From positions 2,799,690-2,863,689 of the forward strand of contig NW_003314274.1 of NCBI RefSeq assembly GCF_000143415.4: DNA of 64,000 bases, given 5' to 3'. A program made the position numbers and the translations under genes. Below, piece by piece: positions 38,212-51,224 of the stretch. The notes under the pieces are model-generated. The model was not told where the DNA came from. It did not search any database and worked only from the letters and a program-made list of their open reading frames with translations. Numbering within the stretch: the first letter of the stretch is position 1; every line of letters starts with the position of its first letter. This DNA is from Selaginella moellendorffii (taxonomy: Eukaryota; Plantae; Lycopodiophyta).

Positions 38212-41200
38212 ATGAACACAAGAAAAAGACGAGCAACAACAGAACTGGTTTTGAGCATTTCTGAAAATGTGAATAACACAAATGCACCACACGTTAACGT
38301 ACCAATGAATCACTATATACAGAACAAAATGGGGCTCCTAAACACAAATCATGAAGGAAACTGTGAAGAAAACTACATAGGGCCAATGGACAAACAATGT
38401 GTCCATTGCAGAGCTTTCCATTTTAATGCAGAAACAAAATCACAATGCTGTCATCACGGTCGTGTCCAAATAAAAAATAGAAACCATTTCCCTGAATTGA
38501 TCCAGAGGTTGCTAGAAGGTAATTCAAACCAGGGAAATTTCAAAGAACTAATAAGGAACTATAATAGTGCTCTAGCATTTGCTTCCATGGGAGCAAACAT
38601 CAAAGAATTTTCGGGTGGCGGACCATACTACTTTAAGATACACGGTCAAGTGTATCACCGAATGGGCAGCTTCAGACCACGAGATGATCAAGAAGCAATG
38701 TATTCACAACTCTATATTCTAGATACGGCACAAACAACAGAAACAAGAATGAGAAATATGCATAACAAAAATGCGACCGGGAACTAATGTACAGATTAGA
38801 TGTTCTCTTACGAAAAATCAATCCCTATGCAAAAGCATTCAAGATGTTGCACAAACTTGAGAATGAGATGTCTCTTTCATCACAAGAGATTGTTATGTAC
38901 ATCAAGGGAGAGAGCACAACAGATCCTCAAAGATACAATGCACCGTGTTCAAATGAAATTGCTGCCATTTTTACAAATCCAAGTGCGAACCCACCATTTG
39001 ACCGTAGTATAGCAGTCTATCCAAAGGAAGAATCAATGCAGGAAATATCAATCATTTCATCATGTTGTGACCCTATGATCTACCCAATTCTTTTTCCCAG
39101 TGGAGAGGACGGATGGTCAAATGATATAAAATACACAGATAACGGCAATACACTTAAACGTTGTAATGTCACAATGATGGAATTTTATCAGCACAAATTT
39201 GCTATACGGGCATAGGTCACAATGGCATAAGAAGCATATATGTCAACCCTGTGTTGACAGCAGGCAAACTCACACAACAATACATGGTCGATACATACAC
39301 CAAGATTGAAGGTGGCTGACTAACATGGATAAGAAACTACCAACGTGAGCTACGTGCTGAAGCATACGGTGGCCTCTCAGATTTCGTGAAAAACAGAGCC
39401 GAACAGGAAGGGGTACGTGCTGGAAAACTAATAACACTTCCATCCTCATTCACTGGAGGTCCACGACAGATGAATCAGAACTACCAGGATGCCATGAGCC
39501 TTGTAAGGAAGTATGGAAAACCTGATTTGTTCATAACATTCACCTGCAATCCTAAATGGAAAGAGATAACTGAAAACCTTCTACCTGGACAAACAACTGC
39601 AGACAGACCTGACTTGGTTGCACGTGTGTTCCACATCAAGAAACAAGAACTCATAGATGACATTTACAAACGAGAAATATTTGGCCAGGTCAATGCTTAT
39701 GTCTATGTGATTGAATTCCAAAAAAGAGGACTGCCACACTGTCATATTTTGGTGATCCTTGGTAAAGATAATAAAATCAGAACTATCAATGACATAGATA
39801 ATTAGTTACTGCCGAAATACCAGATGCCAGACTAGACCCAGAATTATATGAATTGGTTAAAAAGCACATGATACATGGCCCTTGTGGGCCTGAATTTCCA
39901 AACAGCCCATGCACGAAGGATGGTGAATGTAAGTCACACTATCCAAGAGATTACTGTGAAGAAACACAGAATGTCGGTGGTCAGTTTCCAGAGTATAGAA
40001 GGTGCCAAGAAGGACATGCAGTCCTAATAAAGAACAAACCCATTGACAACAGGTTTGTTGTGCCATACAACAAGTACCTCTTACGTAAATACAGAGCACA
40101 CATAAATGTCGAGGTGTGTTCCACTGTAAAAAGTGTCAAGTATATATTCAAATACATATACAAGGGACATGATTGTGCGGAGGTACGCCTTCGAAGGGAT
40201 GAGAACTCAACACCAGAACAAGTACTAGACTGGGACGAAATAGAGGCTTTCAGAAACTGCCGCTATGTCTCCGCATCAGAAGGAATATGGAGGATCTATG
40301 GATATGACTTACACAGGAGATCACATTCTATTGAGAGACTGGACATCCACCTGGAAAACCTTCAAAATATTTATTTCAATGATGGTGAGGAAGAGGTTGC
40401 ATTACAAAGAGGCCGTAAAACCAAACTGACAGAATGGTTTTAGCTAAACAAGATTGATGAATTTGCAAGGACACTCTTGTACCACGAGATTCCTGAGTGG
40501 TATACATGGAATTCAAGAAACAGAATGTGGACACCACGCCAACGTGCATTCAAGGTGGTCGGTAGAATGTACACTGTATCACCGCATGACTCTGAATGTT
40601 TCTACCTACGTATGATCCTGCTCTACAAAAAAGGTGCTACAAGTTTTAGTGATTTAAAGGTATTAAATGGTGTTGCATATGACACATACCGTTCTACTGC
40701 ACAAGAAATGGGACTTCTACAGGATGATTGTGAGTGGGAGAAATGTTTAGAAGAGTCGTTGACATTTCAGATGCCTGCAAAAGTAAGGTATCGATTCAGT
40801 GTCATGTGTTTATTTTGCGAGCTCATTGATCCCAAAAAACTATGGGATAAATTCAAGGAAGGGATATGTGAAGACTTGGTCCGAAATCACAACTATGAAG
40901 CAGCAACTCCAGGAACATGGCAAGAAACTGTCTGACTACAAGTTACCAGATCCAGAGTTTATAGGAGATAACAAAACAACAACTGAAACAAGCTGTGTGC
41001 CATGCACTCCTTACGAAGCTGAATTACTAAAAACCAGATTGAACATGGAACAGCTTCACATATTTAACAACGTCTTGAATGCAATACAAAACAAAAAAGA
41101 ATCAAGCAGATTATTCTTTGTTGATGGTGTAGGAGGCACAGGGAAATCATACCTTTTTAATACGCTGATAAAATATGTCACTGCTTATGGCATGAAAGTC

Positions 41201-42427
41201 TTAGCAGTCACGTGGACAGGAATAGTGAGTACTCTTCTTGTAGGAGGCCGAACGGCTCATTCAACATTTAAGCTTCCAGTACCAATCACAGAAACATGCA
41301 CCTCGGACCTGCAAGAGAATTCAGCCCCTGCCGAGGTCATAAGAAGAGCTGACGTGCTCATATGGGACGAAATAAGCATGGTACCCATTCACGCTTTTAA
41401 AGCTGTTGAGAGGGTCTTGCGTGATATAAAAAACTGTGATACAGAATTTGGTGGCATCACATTAGTAACAGGAGGAGATTTCAGACAGACATTACCTGTT
41501 CTAAAAAGAGCCCGTTGCACACAAATTATCCAAAACAGCGTGAAATCCTCACCAATATGGTGGAAACTTGTAAAGTTCTCATTACATACAAACATGAGGG
41601 TGAACTCTGAAGAAAAGGAATGGTCTAGATGGCTTGTGAAGCTTGGAAATGGTAACCTACCTAGCCTCCAAGGATTCAACCAGGAAGTTATAAAATTACC
41701 TCTAACATCAACATCCAGAGAACAAATGATAGATAAGGTGTTTGGAAAGCATATACAACCAAATGACCCAAACCTATCACAGAATGCTATTCTCATGACT
41801 TTAAATGATCTCTCTCTACAAATGAACGACCAAGTTCTTTTGAGAATGACCGGCAGAACAATAACATACAGAAGCATTGACATTGTAGAAGCAGATTCGG
41901 AAGAAGAGATGTTGGACTATCCTGTAGAATTTTTAAACTCAGTAACACCATCTGGAATGCCTCCACACAAGCTACAGATAAAAATCGGATGTATTGTAAT
42001 GTTGTTATGCAACATTGACACTAAAAAAGGCCTCTGTAATGGCACTAAACTAATTATAACCAAGGCACTACCAAATGTTATAGAAGCTGAGATTCTACAT
42101 AATGGTATGCAAGGAAAAAAAGTCCTCCTACCAAGAATCTCTTTAAAACGAACTGAAGGAGACATGCCATTTATCCTCAAACGACGACAATTCCCAATAA
42201 GGCTTGCGTTCTCCATAACAATTTGCAAATCTCAGGGACAAACATTACAGAATGTGGGTATCTACTTGCCAAGACCAGTTTTAGACCATGGTCAACTTTA
42301 TGTTGCACTTTCAAGGGGAACATCAAAGAAACAAATTACAATGTCTATTGAACAATGTGAAGGACAAGGTGTGCTCCAGAACCATAATGTCTATACGAAA
42401 AACATTGTGTACAAAAAAATTCTCTAG
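38212..42427 (+). pseudogene. Helitron RepHel (Zn finger, HUH Rep, PIF1 helicase), intronless, with stops and frameshifts
   Basis: CVHC..CCHHG; GKPDLFITFTCNPKW; VIEFQKRGLPHCHIL; VKYIFKYIYKG; DGVGGTGKS; IWDEISM; GGDFRQTLPV; RRQFPIRLAFSITICKSQGQTL; HGQLYVALSR. Confidence 0.97.
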
Positions 42428-42567
42428 GATTCATGTCACCAATCTATCCCAGCGGAGTTGGATTCCCTGCTAGTATATTTAAACGAGAGAGCTGGTATCA
42501 TCCTTCCATATTTAAAAGAGTAAGGGCGACATATTCAATCGAGATTCTTTTCGAGCTTAATGGTGGA

Positions 42568-42777
42568 GATGAAGACACGTGGGAAAAACAGTTGAGAGTG
42601 GAACGCTTCACACGTTTTAGGTTTTGTGTATTTTTGTGGAAGCAGAGCAACAGATTGAGGCTCACACTTGGATGAAGACACGTGGGAAAAACAGTTGAGA
42701 GTGGAACGCTTCACAAGTTTTAGGTTTTGTGTATTTTTTTGGAAGCGGAGCAACAGATTGAGGCTCACACTTGGATG
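42568..42777. repeat. 103-bp tandem duplication in Helitron subterminal region
   Basis: gatgaagacacgtggg...ctcacacttg at 42568 and 42671. Confidence 0.95.
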
Positions 42778-42989
42778 AGCAGGAGATGAATTTTGGACGA
42801 GTGATCAAATTTCTGCAGTAGTGTGGTGGTGAAGCATTCCTGAACATCAATTTCGAGAATTTCGATATGCACTGCACAGTACAGTAATATGGAGCATGGA
42901 GCATATTTCTGAACGTAGTCTGAAACTCTCAACCTCAATCTTCTTATGAAAGGTACTAAAACTGTCTGTCACATTGCAGGAAACAAGCT

Positions 42990-43600
42990 TGCATACTTTC
43001 AGAAGGTTTGTTCAGGACTCTCCAAGAATGAACGTTGTCTCTTGGTACTTCTCAATTTGCTCCACCAGAGACTTATCAACATCATCGCTCTCTACAAGAA
43101 CAAATTCTGCTTTCACCTGTAAGTCAAGTGTTTCCTTTGAGTTTTCAGCAAGCCAATCGGACTTTGTAACGTCTGTAGACATTTTGCAGCTCCTGAGAGA
43201 AGTTCGCTGTCTGGCCTCCTTGGTTGCCATATATGCAAGTGTTTCCTTCAAAACTTGCGAGACAGGTACTCTCCCAACCTACGCAATTTGTAAGATGCAA
43301 GTGATGTTTCTAATTTTGAAGCTCCTGAGAGAAGTTCGCTGTCTGGCCTCCTTGGTTGCCATATATGCAAGTGTTTCCTTCAAAACTTGTGAGACAGGTA
43401 CTCTCCCAACCTACGCAATTTGTAAGATGCAAGTGATGTTTCTAAAGAGTGACTTACCAGAATTTTGCAATTGTTCGGACAACAGATCATACATGGAACA
43501 GTAGAAGCTCCCTGTTCCTCTCTACTGCATTTTCTAGCGCCTACTTGAGCACTACCCCAAAACGAGCATCAGGGACCAATGCAAAACCCGTTTTGTGTAA
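42990..43600 (-). pseudogene. USP-like domain fragment (as in plant U-box/kinase proteins) with a 132-bp tandem duplication
   Basis: KRVLHWSL, ELLLFHV, VKAEFVLVESDDVDKSLVEQIEKYQETTFILGES. Duplication at 43181-43312 / 43313-43444. Confidence 0.55.
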
Positions 43601-43805
43601 ACCACTTCCATTCCTTCTATTCCTGCAATTTACATAGCTGCTCCTTAACCTTTTCTTTGCATCCCCAGGAAATTTGGAACTCTAGAGAAAATGATAGTCT
43701 AGAGCACATCGATGATTTAAGATATGCTTCAAGATGATTCCGTGTCTTGACTTTCTACTGCTTATTTTAAAGACAAAGTAACTGGGCAACAGCCAATCAA
43801 CAGAC

Positions 43806-43900
43806 TTTCATAGTCTCCAGACAATCTCTGCAAAGGTGGGCTGTTGATCCGCTTTCTTATCGCAAGCAGCTTTGATGAGCTTTGATGAGCTCACGCATAC
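43806..43900 (-). pseudogene. Protein kinase subdomain XI fragment
   Basis: RELIK..ACDKKADQQPTFAEIVWRL resembles C..P..RPTF.EIV..L. Confidence 0.5.
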
Positions 43901-46900
43901 ACTCAGTGCTTCTTTATGTGCGAGTTATGTGTCTCTATGGTTTCTGTTCATAATTTCATCACGCATATTTTACTGCAGGAGTATGGCACCTTTGAGTCCC
44001 TTCCATGAAATAAGCTCCCTGGATCTTGGCAAGCATGTCAATTGTCACATTGAAAGGCAAGCTATGTAAGTGACTATCTAAATTGTTTCGGAAGATAAGT
44101 TCAAAAACTTCAATGGATCATGATCCGGTAAATCCAATTGCCAATTCTATATCTCCAAAGCTAAACTTGTCTGAAATTGTATATCTTTGAATCGGCTGTC
44201 CTATTCCAGCTTGAGTTACAGCTTTTGATTTATTCTCTGACCAGAAAATCCTTAAAAGCACCGCACCAGTGCCAGAATTATGAATATGAAAGCAATGAGT
44301 GCTCCAATTCGAGTGTCCTCCTGCACTCACACAGCAACAGATCTAATGTTCATCACATATCTTGGTTGGTTTGTGCGCTCAATGACACTGACTGACAGAC
44401 CATTTCAGTATTTCCTTTAGCAGATCCCAAACTGCAATAGAAGCATTGCTACTGTAAGAACAAAAATATTATTTTCTCTTGTGTTTTAAAGTTACTGCTG
44501 AGGTCATGGGAGCAGCAGCGCCTGCAATTTTCAGACTCAAAGTAGGAGCAAGTAACTGATTTTCCATTCTCGCCCTGTTTCTTCTTGTTTGTACTGTTTT
44601 CTAGAAGATTATTTTGTCAAGTATGCCTTGTAAACCTGATTGGAAGCTTTTCTCAAGATGAAAAAGAAAACACTCTCTGGCACTGTCCAGCTTCCAGTGG
44701 AACTGTGGAAATGGATCAAGTTTTTCTACTTCCTCATCTTATTGTGTCCCACTTATTGAATTGTGAGTGATTAGCAAGCTCTTTAAATTTATGATAACGA
44801 ATTAAAATATCCAAAATTTTAGGAGACCACTACTTCACTTTGGTTCTTTGGAATGATCCTGGTGAAAAACTTTGAGGCTTGCAAAAGTGAACACTCAGAA
44901 GCAATCACATGTGGAAGCAGTGTTTTAAAACTGATTACATGGTCCTTGCATGTTTATGGTCTAGAAGTCTACCCCTTGTCCCACTTGTCCATTTTGATTC
45001 TTTGGAGGATGAGAGCATGCAGGAGCTGGAAGACTACGCTGTTCAAAAGGCCGAGGAGACCACGGCTGCCAATTACAAAGTTCTCAATCTTGCTGAAGAG
45101 ATCACTTCCGTCATGCTTCATGAGCAGGGTTCATCAGATCTTGCACACTCACGATACTGTTGTAGACATTGATCACGAACTTAGCTGAGTCAATGACACT
45201 TTCTATCTGATTTCTCTTACCCATCACTTTTGAAAGTTTCATTGGATTCCATGGTGAGAAACTGCTCGGTAGTCTTGGAGGCCTTTTTTTGAGGACCAGA
45301 CTCATAACATAGCAGGACCAATACTTTCTCTAGGTGATTCATTCAAGAGAAAAGCCTATCATATTGCGCAAAGATCCACTTTGGGATTGAACTGGAGTAA
45401 CTCCAGAGGTGTGACTCATCACACAGCAGCCCTTGCTGACTCATTGTTCATTTCTGGGTCACATCATCTACAAAGCCTCATCTTTTGTCACCCTATTTTT
45501 GGCGGCTATAACTTGGATATGTCCTCACTGCTCCTCTCAAGGGATGACATAACAGCATTTTTCTGGACCCAACCTATAGCATTGCTGGTTCCAGCAGAGA
45601 CCTCTCTAGGAGTAGATAGTGTCTCCTAGATTTCCAATCCTTCTCCTGATGAGTAGCAGGCTTCCAGATTGAATGAGCAGTAAAACTTCTTAAAACTTTC
45701 TACCATTACTCAACCCTGAGATACTCTTTGACCCTGGGAGCTGCCATGACCACATACTTCTTCCCCAAAGAAAGCAATGTTGTGAAAGTAGGGCTTTGCA
45801 AGGGAACTCTACTCTGGAAGCATTGAGAGGATAAAAACCAGCACCTCATGGCTACCTCTGCATGGTATCATTAGATACCATGAATCTAAGCAGTAAGAAA
45901 GCTAGGAATGCAGCTAGGAGCATGAATGTTGGGCTAAAGAACCTGTTTCAAATGGCAAGAGCATGAATGGATATGTCAAGATTTGTGCTTGAGGTCGAGC
46001 ACTTGCCATGTGGTCATGTCCTCGGTGGGGCAGGACATGGCTACGCTGTTGTCATTCATGCTTTTCTCTAACTGTTAAAAATATTTTCTACACTAAGAAG
46101 CCTTTCTGTTGGCAATATGGCACAGACCGATTGTGCTCCATAGAAGGTACAAGTCCTCCAAGGCTTCAAGGCTGCAATGCCTGCTTGGCTTCAATCAAAA
46201 CTTGTCTGGGTAAGCTATGACAATCTAAATACGTTAAACCTATTAACCACTTAAGTAACACAAGTTCAGGAAATATTATTAGAACCTCAAAAATGAACAA
46301 ATATTAATTTACAGAATCATTAAAGTATATCTTTATATCAGAAAACTAATTTACATTTACAGACTTTTATATCTACTTCCCATCAGAGCTGGGATCCCTG
46401 ATTTTATTTCTGCTGGAATCCCTGCTAATCTTTTTATCATTTATTTTTAAATAATTACAAATTAAAAGCAAATTAATTATTTGTAAACTTGATTTCTCTT
46501 ATAAAAGGCTTTGTGATTATTATTACTCTTATAGATTTTTTAAATGCTCATGATAAATCTTAGAAGCATACAATACACACTAATTTATTCTATGTTGCAC
46601 TATTAGCTATAACTTTTCTATCCCAGTAAAGTGTTTTCAAAGACTTATTTAGGTCCAGACCAGTGGAGCTGGATTCCTTGCTAGTAATAATAGCATATGC
46701 TGGGGACACTTATTCTGGGCATATGCCAAGATCTAATGGCTGAGATATAATTACAAAAGGTTGTAACTTTTCAAATCAGAATTTTTTTAATTGTGGCTTT
46801 TAGGGCGAATGAGAGTGAGGAGAACCACAGGGTGCTATGCAAAGAGCAGGCAAATCTATGGGCTATGAAGGTTCTCCCTCTCTCCTGCTTTCCCTGTGTG

Positions 46901-47124
46901 TGGGATTATGTGCAGAATTCTCTTTCAGTGTACTTCGGAATTATATTTTCTTCTGGTGAGAAATGGTGCTGCGTACATGGTGCTGAGTGCATGGTGCCCC
47001 GTCTTTGATAAGGTTGGTTTACGTGTTCTGCTATGCTGGCTGAAAGTGCATGGCTTGCTTTCTCTTTTACAAATCTATCCACAACGTAGCTGTCGGGTCT
47101 TGCCTCCATTTCTCTGTCACTGTT

Positions 47125-48203
47125 CCAGTAGCATCCAAGACTGTGTACATGACAGCCATTGAAAACCACAAGAGGTACTCACAAAGTCTTACGAAAACTT
47201 GTAGATTGATCTGTGTGGTTTCTAGATATTATCCAGGCTCAGGATCTTTGTATAACACACCAGACTCAGGTGGCAAGTGTGGAGTCCCATATCGAACTTA
47301 TTTTCGGATGCCTGTCCAAGACATATGGTACTCGATGGCTATCAGCCCCATGCATTTCACAGTCATCTCTACAGAACATGACTGGAGCTTGACCAGGGAA
47401 CAAGTATGCATTCTTATTCTTTTCATCTTTACTTCAACGAAACCTTCTTTTACAGTACACTTGGATGAAATCCGACCTTGAATCTGTCGACAGATTCAGT
47501 ACACCATGGATAGTTTTCACAGGGTAACTGTTTTTATCCACATTTTCATTCTCTAAACTCATGTGTGCTAGTCATCGACCTATGTACTTCACTCAACTGT
47601 GGAGAATTATTTCTAAACTTTACCAGGTGTGGATCGGAAATTTGTAGCAGCTGTGGAACCATTGCTCTTGAGAAACAAGGTAAAACATGAGCTCTTCAAA
47701 GGGAAAACTAGAATGAAACTGTCATTTTTCTTCTTTTTTTTTTTTTTTGCACAGGTTGATTTAGCAGTGTGAGGGCATGGTCACAACTACGAGCGAACTT
47801 GTGCTGTGTTTCAGGGCCGCTGCCTGCAGCACCCGATCAAGGATTTAGCGGGCGTCGATTTCTTTGACACTACAATTACTCAGCTCCAGTTCACACCGTG
47901 GTTGGCATGGCCGAATTCAGCCTGGATGACTTCCCTTGTAATGTAAGCTTCCAGCTTTCTTTCCTATATTCAAGCTCTTTATATGGTATTGATATTCTAC
48001 CTTTTTTTTTTTTTTTTGTCGACAGTTTAGTTCATGGAGCTTGATTTGAAGGTCGGCATTTGGATATGCAAGAGTGACAGCTGATAAGACAAAGCTACTG
48101 TTTGAGGTAGATGAATTGCGTTCTTGGTTCTTGCATGTTATTTATTTATTTGTCATTACAACAGACGGAATAGTAGCTGACCGGTTTAAAATTGCCAAGC
48201 TAG
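47125..48203 (+). pseudogene. Purple acid phosphatase / nucleotide pyrophosphatase (PAP1/24/27 type), 3' exons
   Basis: YMTAIENHKR, DSGGKCGVPY, ISTEHDW, TPWIVFTG|HRPMY, GHGHNYERTC, FGYARVTAD. Confidence 0.88.
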
Positions 48204-48289
48204 ACTGGGGATTTCCAAGCCGTGAACGATTTCAAGCTTTACAAGTTCAATAGTTGGCTTGTAGAGCTTGCTGATTTGCTTGACGCTGC

Positions 48290-48955
48290 CAAGAGCTCTT
48301 GCTTTGCTACGCAGCACCTGTTTTTGGATCTTGCCAGTCACGGTTTTGTCCAAGGCCGCTCTTTGGCACCATGAACTTTGGCAAATGCTGTGGACAGAAC
48401 GAGAGTATCTCCTCCTTGTTGCTTCTCACGCTGTGCTTGAGGGACACAAATGCACATGGAGACTCGCCCCACTGCTCATCTGGCCACACCACCACAGCAG
48501 CTTCCAACACTGCTGGATGCCTGGAAGGAAAAGAAGCAAACTTTAACGAGAAACAAAGAAGAAAAAACTCTCCTTTTACCTGTACAAGATGCTCTCCACT
48601 TCCAGGCTGCTAATGTTCTCCCCTCCAGAAATGATAATATCCTTGGCTCGATCCTTGATCTTGATGTATCCATCGGGATGCCAAACTGCCAAGTCCCCGG
48701 AGTGGAACCATCCTCCTCTCAAGCTCTCCAGCATTGCCTCAGGATTGTTCAAGTACCCCTTGAACAGCATGTTCCCACGCATGCAAACTTCGCCAATGGT
48801 GACACTGTCCTTGGCAACCGGTTCCAGAGTTTCAGAGTTGAGCACTTGTAAGCTGTCAAGGCAAACGTATTTCACGCCCTGCTGAGCCTTGAGCCTGGCC
48901 TGCTCATTGGGCTAAAGGCTGTCCCATTCGGGATTCCACTCGCACACTGTGCATG
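48290..48955 (-). pseudogene. Acyl-activating enzyme (AAE clade I) 3' fragment
   Basis: CEWNPEWD..QARLKAQQGV, IGEVCMRGNMLFKGYL, GGWFHSGDLAVWHPDGYIKIKDRAKDIIISGGENISSLEVE, PDEQWGESPCAFV. Confidence 0.9.
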
Positions 48956-49570
48956 GAGCACAGTGCATGAAAGAGTGGGAAGAGGCTAGCTGCCTATTTT
49001 TCTTTCTATATGGTTATGTCCAGTTTATTTTTGAGTAGGTGGTATCTGTGGTTATATATATTTGAATGTGGGGTCATGCTAGAGAAATGCGAAACAACAT
49101 GATGACTTGAGTTCCAACCCAGGCCCAGTGCATCTGTCATATCTCTTTTTATTGACCCACCACAATGATGAGCATCTCTTATGCTAAGAAGAAAATGTAA
49201 GCTTTTAGATAATAGCTTATAGTGCCACAACTTCGTCTGTCTGTACCAACTGTCATCATTGCAAACTTTGTGGAGTCATGTAGAGGCCGAGACTCTGTAG
49301 GTTCTGTTGAAGGTGTTGTAGTGAGCATCAATGATATAGGCTAAAACAGTGGTCAACTCACAATAGCAGATAACATCGATGAGTCTGATATGATAATAGT
49401 AAGTTCAATATAGCATGTGGATTCCTGACAATAATCTATATGATGACAGCTCAAATTCCATGGCAACATGATGGTATTATTCAAAGAGTTGATGAATGAA
49501 TTTTTTTCTGGAACTCTACCAACAAGATGTTTCATTAATTTACAAGGAGACGGTTATTTCAAGAGAGCAA

Positions 49571-50101
49571 ATGTCACAGGCATGAGCATTGTTTCATGTA
49601 TAATAGATGATGCAAAAATAATTCCTTGACACTATTTTTCGGAATATTGCAAGGGAATGCACAGGGGTAAGTGCGAAAGGAAATGAAAGAAGCCCATATT
49701 AAATACATGTTTTTTTGCAGATACCTGGATACTTTGAAGTAGATAAGCTCCGTCTAGTTTTTATACACACAGTTTGTTCATCATGCTGTGGATCAAGATT
49801 GCAAAAAACTTCTAAAGATGAAGCAATATGTAAAATATGTAAATATGCGGGACCTATAAAGGAACACATCACGCTAAAGGCCCAGCTTCACCTTGGACAA
49901 GACACGTTCCAAGTAACTATACCTTCGCATTTGGTTGATCAACTATATGGAACAAAAGTGTCTTGGAATGAAGACCCTACAAAAGCCAAACACTACATGT
50001 TTGGACATCCACCAAAGGGAAAATTCTTAATCAGTGAGTCCAAAGATGTGCTAGCATTTGCACCAGAAAGAGAAAAAGCTTACCTCACTTTCAAAGTGTA
50101 A
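49571..50101 (+). pseudogene. Divergent RPA70 C-terminal-like OB fold with Zn ribbon (two exons)
   Basis: VCSSCCGSRL..ICKICK..ITLKAQLHLGQDTFQVTIPSHLVDQLYG resembles RPA DBD-C. Intron at ~49668-49720. Confidence 0.5.
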
Positions 50102-51224
50102 TCAACAAGTTCTTGCATTCTAGAAACTTTGACATTCCTTCAAAAAATAAACCTTTGCCTTTACATCTGTGCCTTTACTCTTTGATTTCTGATGTTGAAG
50201 CATGTGAAGCTTTTATGCAGAATTGGTCAGAGTCTAGAACAATGCACTGGATCTTTGCACGGAAACATGGGGAACATTTGAAAGAACCCAGCACTTGAGG
50301 TGATATGCTCATTAAAGTTTGTGATTTGTTTATCTTGAGGCAAGGCACTTCAAACATTGACTTACATGGGAACTTTCATTGATGGGGGCAACGATTCCAT
50401 TGAATATATTCCCAACCTTTCAACATCAGAAGGTTTGTAAACCAGCTGTTTACAAACATTCCTAATTCTCCCACTAATGTATTACATACCTAGAAAGAGA
50501 TGTATATAATGGCATTGCGTGGATCACACTGCTTCGTACACTCCAATCAAATATACGGGCCCACTGTGTGTGGATTGTTGAGGCACGTTCGTGACAAAAA
50601 CTCGTGGATTATGACGTGCTCTACTCACTCAGATAACTACAACTTAATGTTCTGCTCAGCAAGCAGCCAGAAGAATATCTGGTCTGTCTCTAGAGATTGC
50701 AAAGTTGTGTCAACGGTCCAAGACGATGGAACTGAAGCCAAAGTGATAGATGTTTACAATCTAGATGTGCCCATTGGTGATCCAATGAACACCAAAGTGC
50801 ATATCCTTCAAGGTTAAAGTAATTACAGAATATGTATTTAAAAAACATGATATAGAAAAGGCTGAACTTCTTCTTACAATTGAGTAAGCTTTCCATACTT
50901 TCACACAAAACTTTTAACATAACCACCTATGAAATCTCATGCTTGAATATTTCTTTGTTAATATAAAGAAACAATATAAACGAAAAGCTAACAACTGAAA
51001 TATATATGACACTCCCAGATTTTTCTTCTGATATTTCTTTTATAAAAAATAAACATAAATGTAAAGCACTACGACTACTAATGTTAGTTTTGTCTAAATA
51101 CATTACAAATTAGTTATTTAGTTACAAATTGTTTGTAACTAATTACATTACGTATGTATGTATATAACATTATTACATTTTTTATTTTTTTGTTTCATGT
51201 CAAGGGAGAGAGTTCTAAGAAGGT

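Larger units (their letters stand above)
31935..42473 (+). mobile_element. Autonomous-type Helitron (~10.5 kb), now disabled
   Basis: Head TCCTTCTATATTTAAAAGAGCAAGGGCGACATATTC at 31935 (5' end inferred) and RepHel ORF. Tail CCAGCGGAGTTGG-ATTCCCTG-CTAG ends 46 bp after the helicase stop. Confidence 0.8.
42498..46684 (+). mobile_element. Complete non-autonomous Helitron (~4.2 kb) inserted in another Helitron's head
   Basis: A^TCATCCTTCCATATTTAAAAGAG at 42498 and CCAGTGGAGCTGG-ATTCCTTG-CTAG|T ending at 46684. The flanks rejoin to the head sequence seen intact at 63394-63480. Confidence 0.85.

Noticed and set aside
41389-42228. Long antisense ORFs opposite the helicase (likewise 26509-27129 opposite gag, and those opposite the NT-C2 gene)
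   Set aside because: These are shadow frames of real coding sequence with no motifs of their own.
44100-46230. Possible decayed LRR receptor-kinase on the minus strand
   Set aside because: Only scattered hints (hydrophobic GALIAFIFIILAL, KFSFGDIELA, VPLEAGQCQ). Too degraded to support a call.
46378-46428. Extra hairpin-like tails (CCCATCAGAGCTGGGATCCCTG; GCTGGAATCCCTGCTAA); also a truncated one near 25726
   Set aside because: They are degenerate and lack an intact CTAG. Probably bypassed or decayed termini, so not used to define elements.
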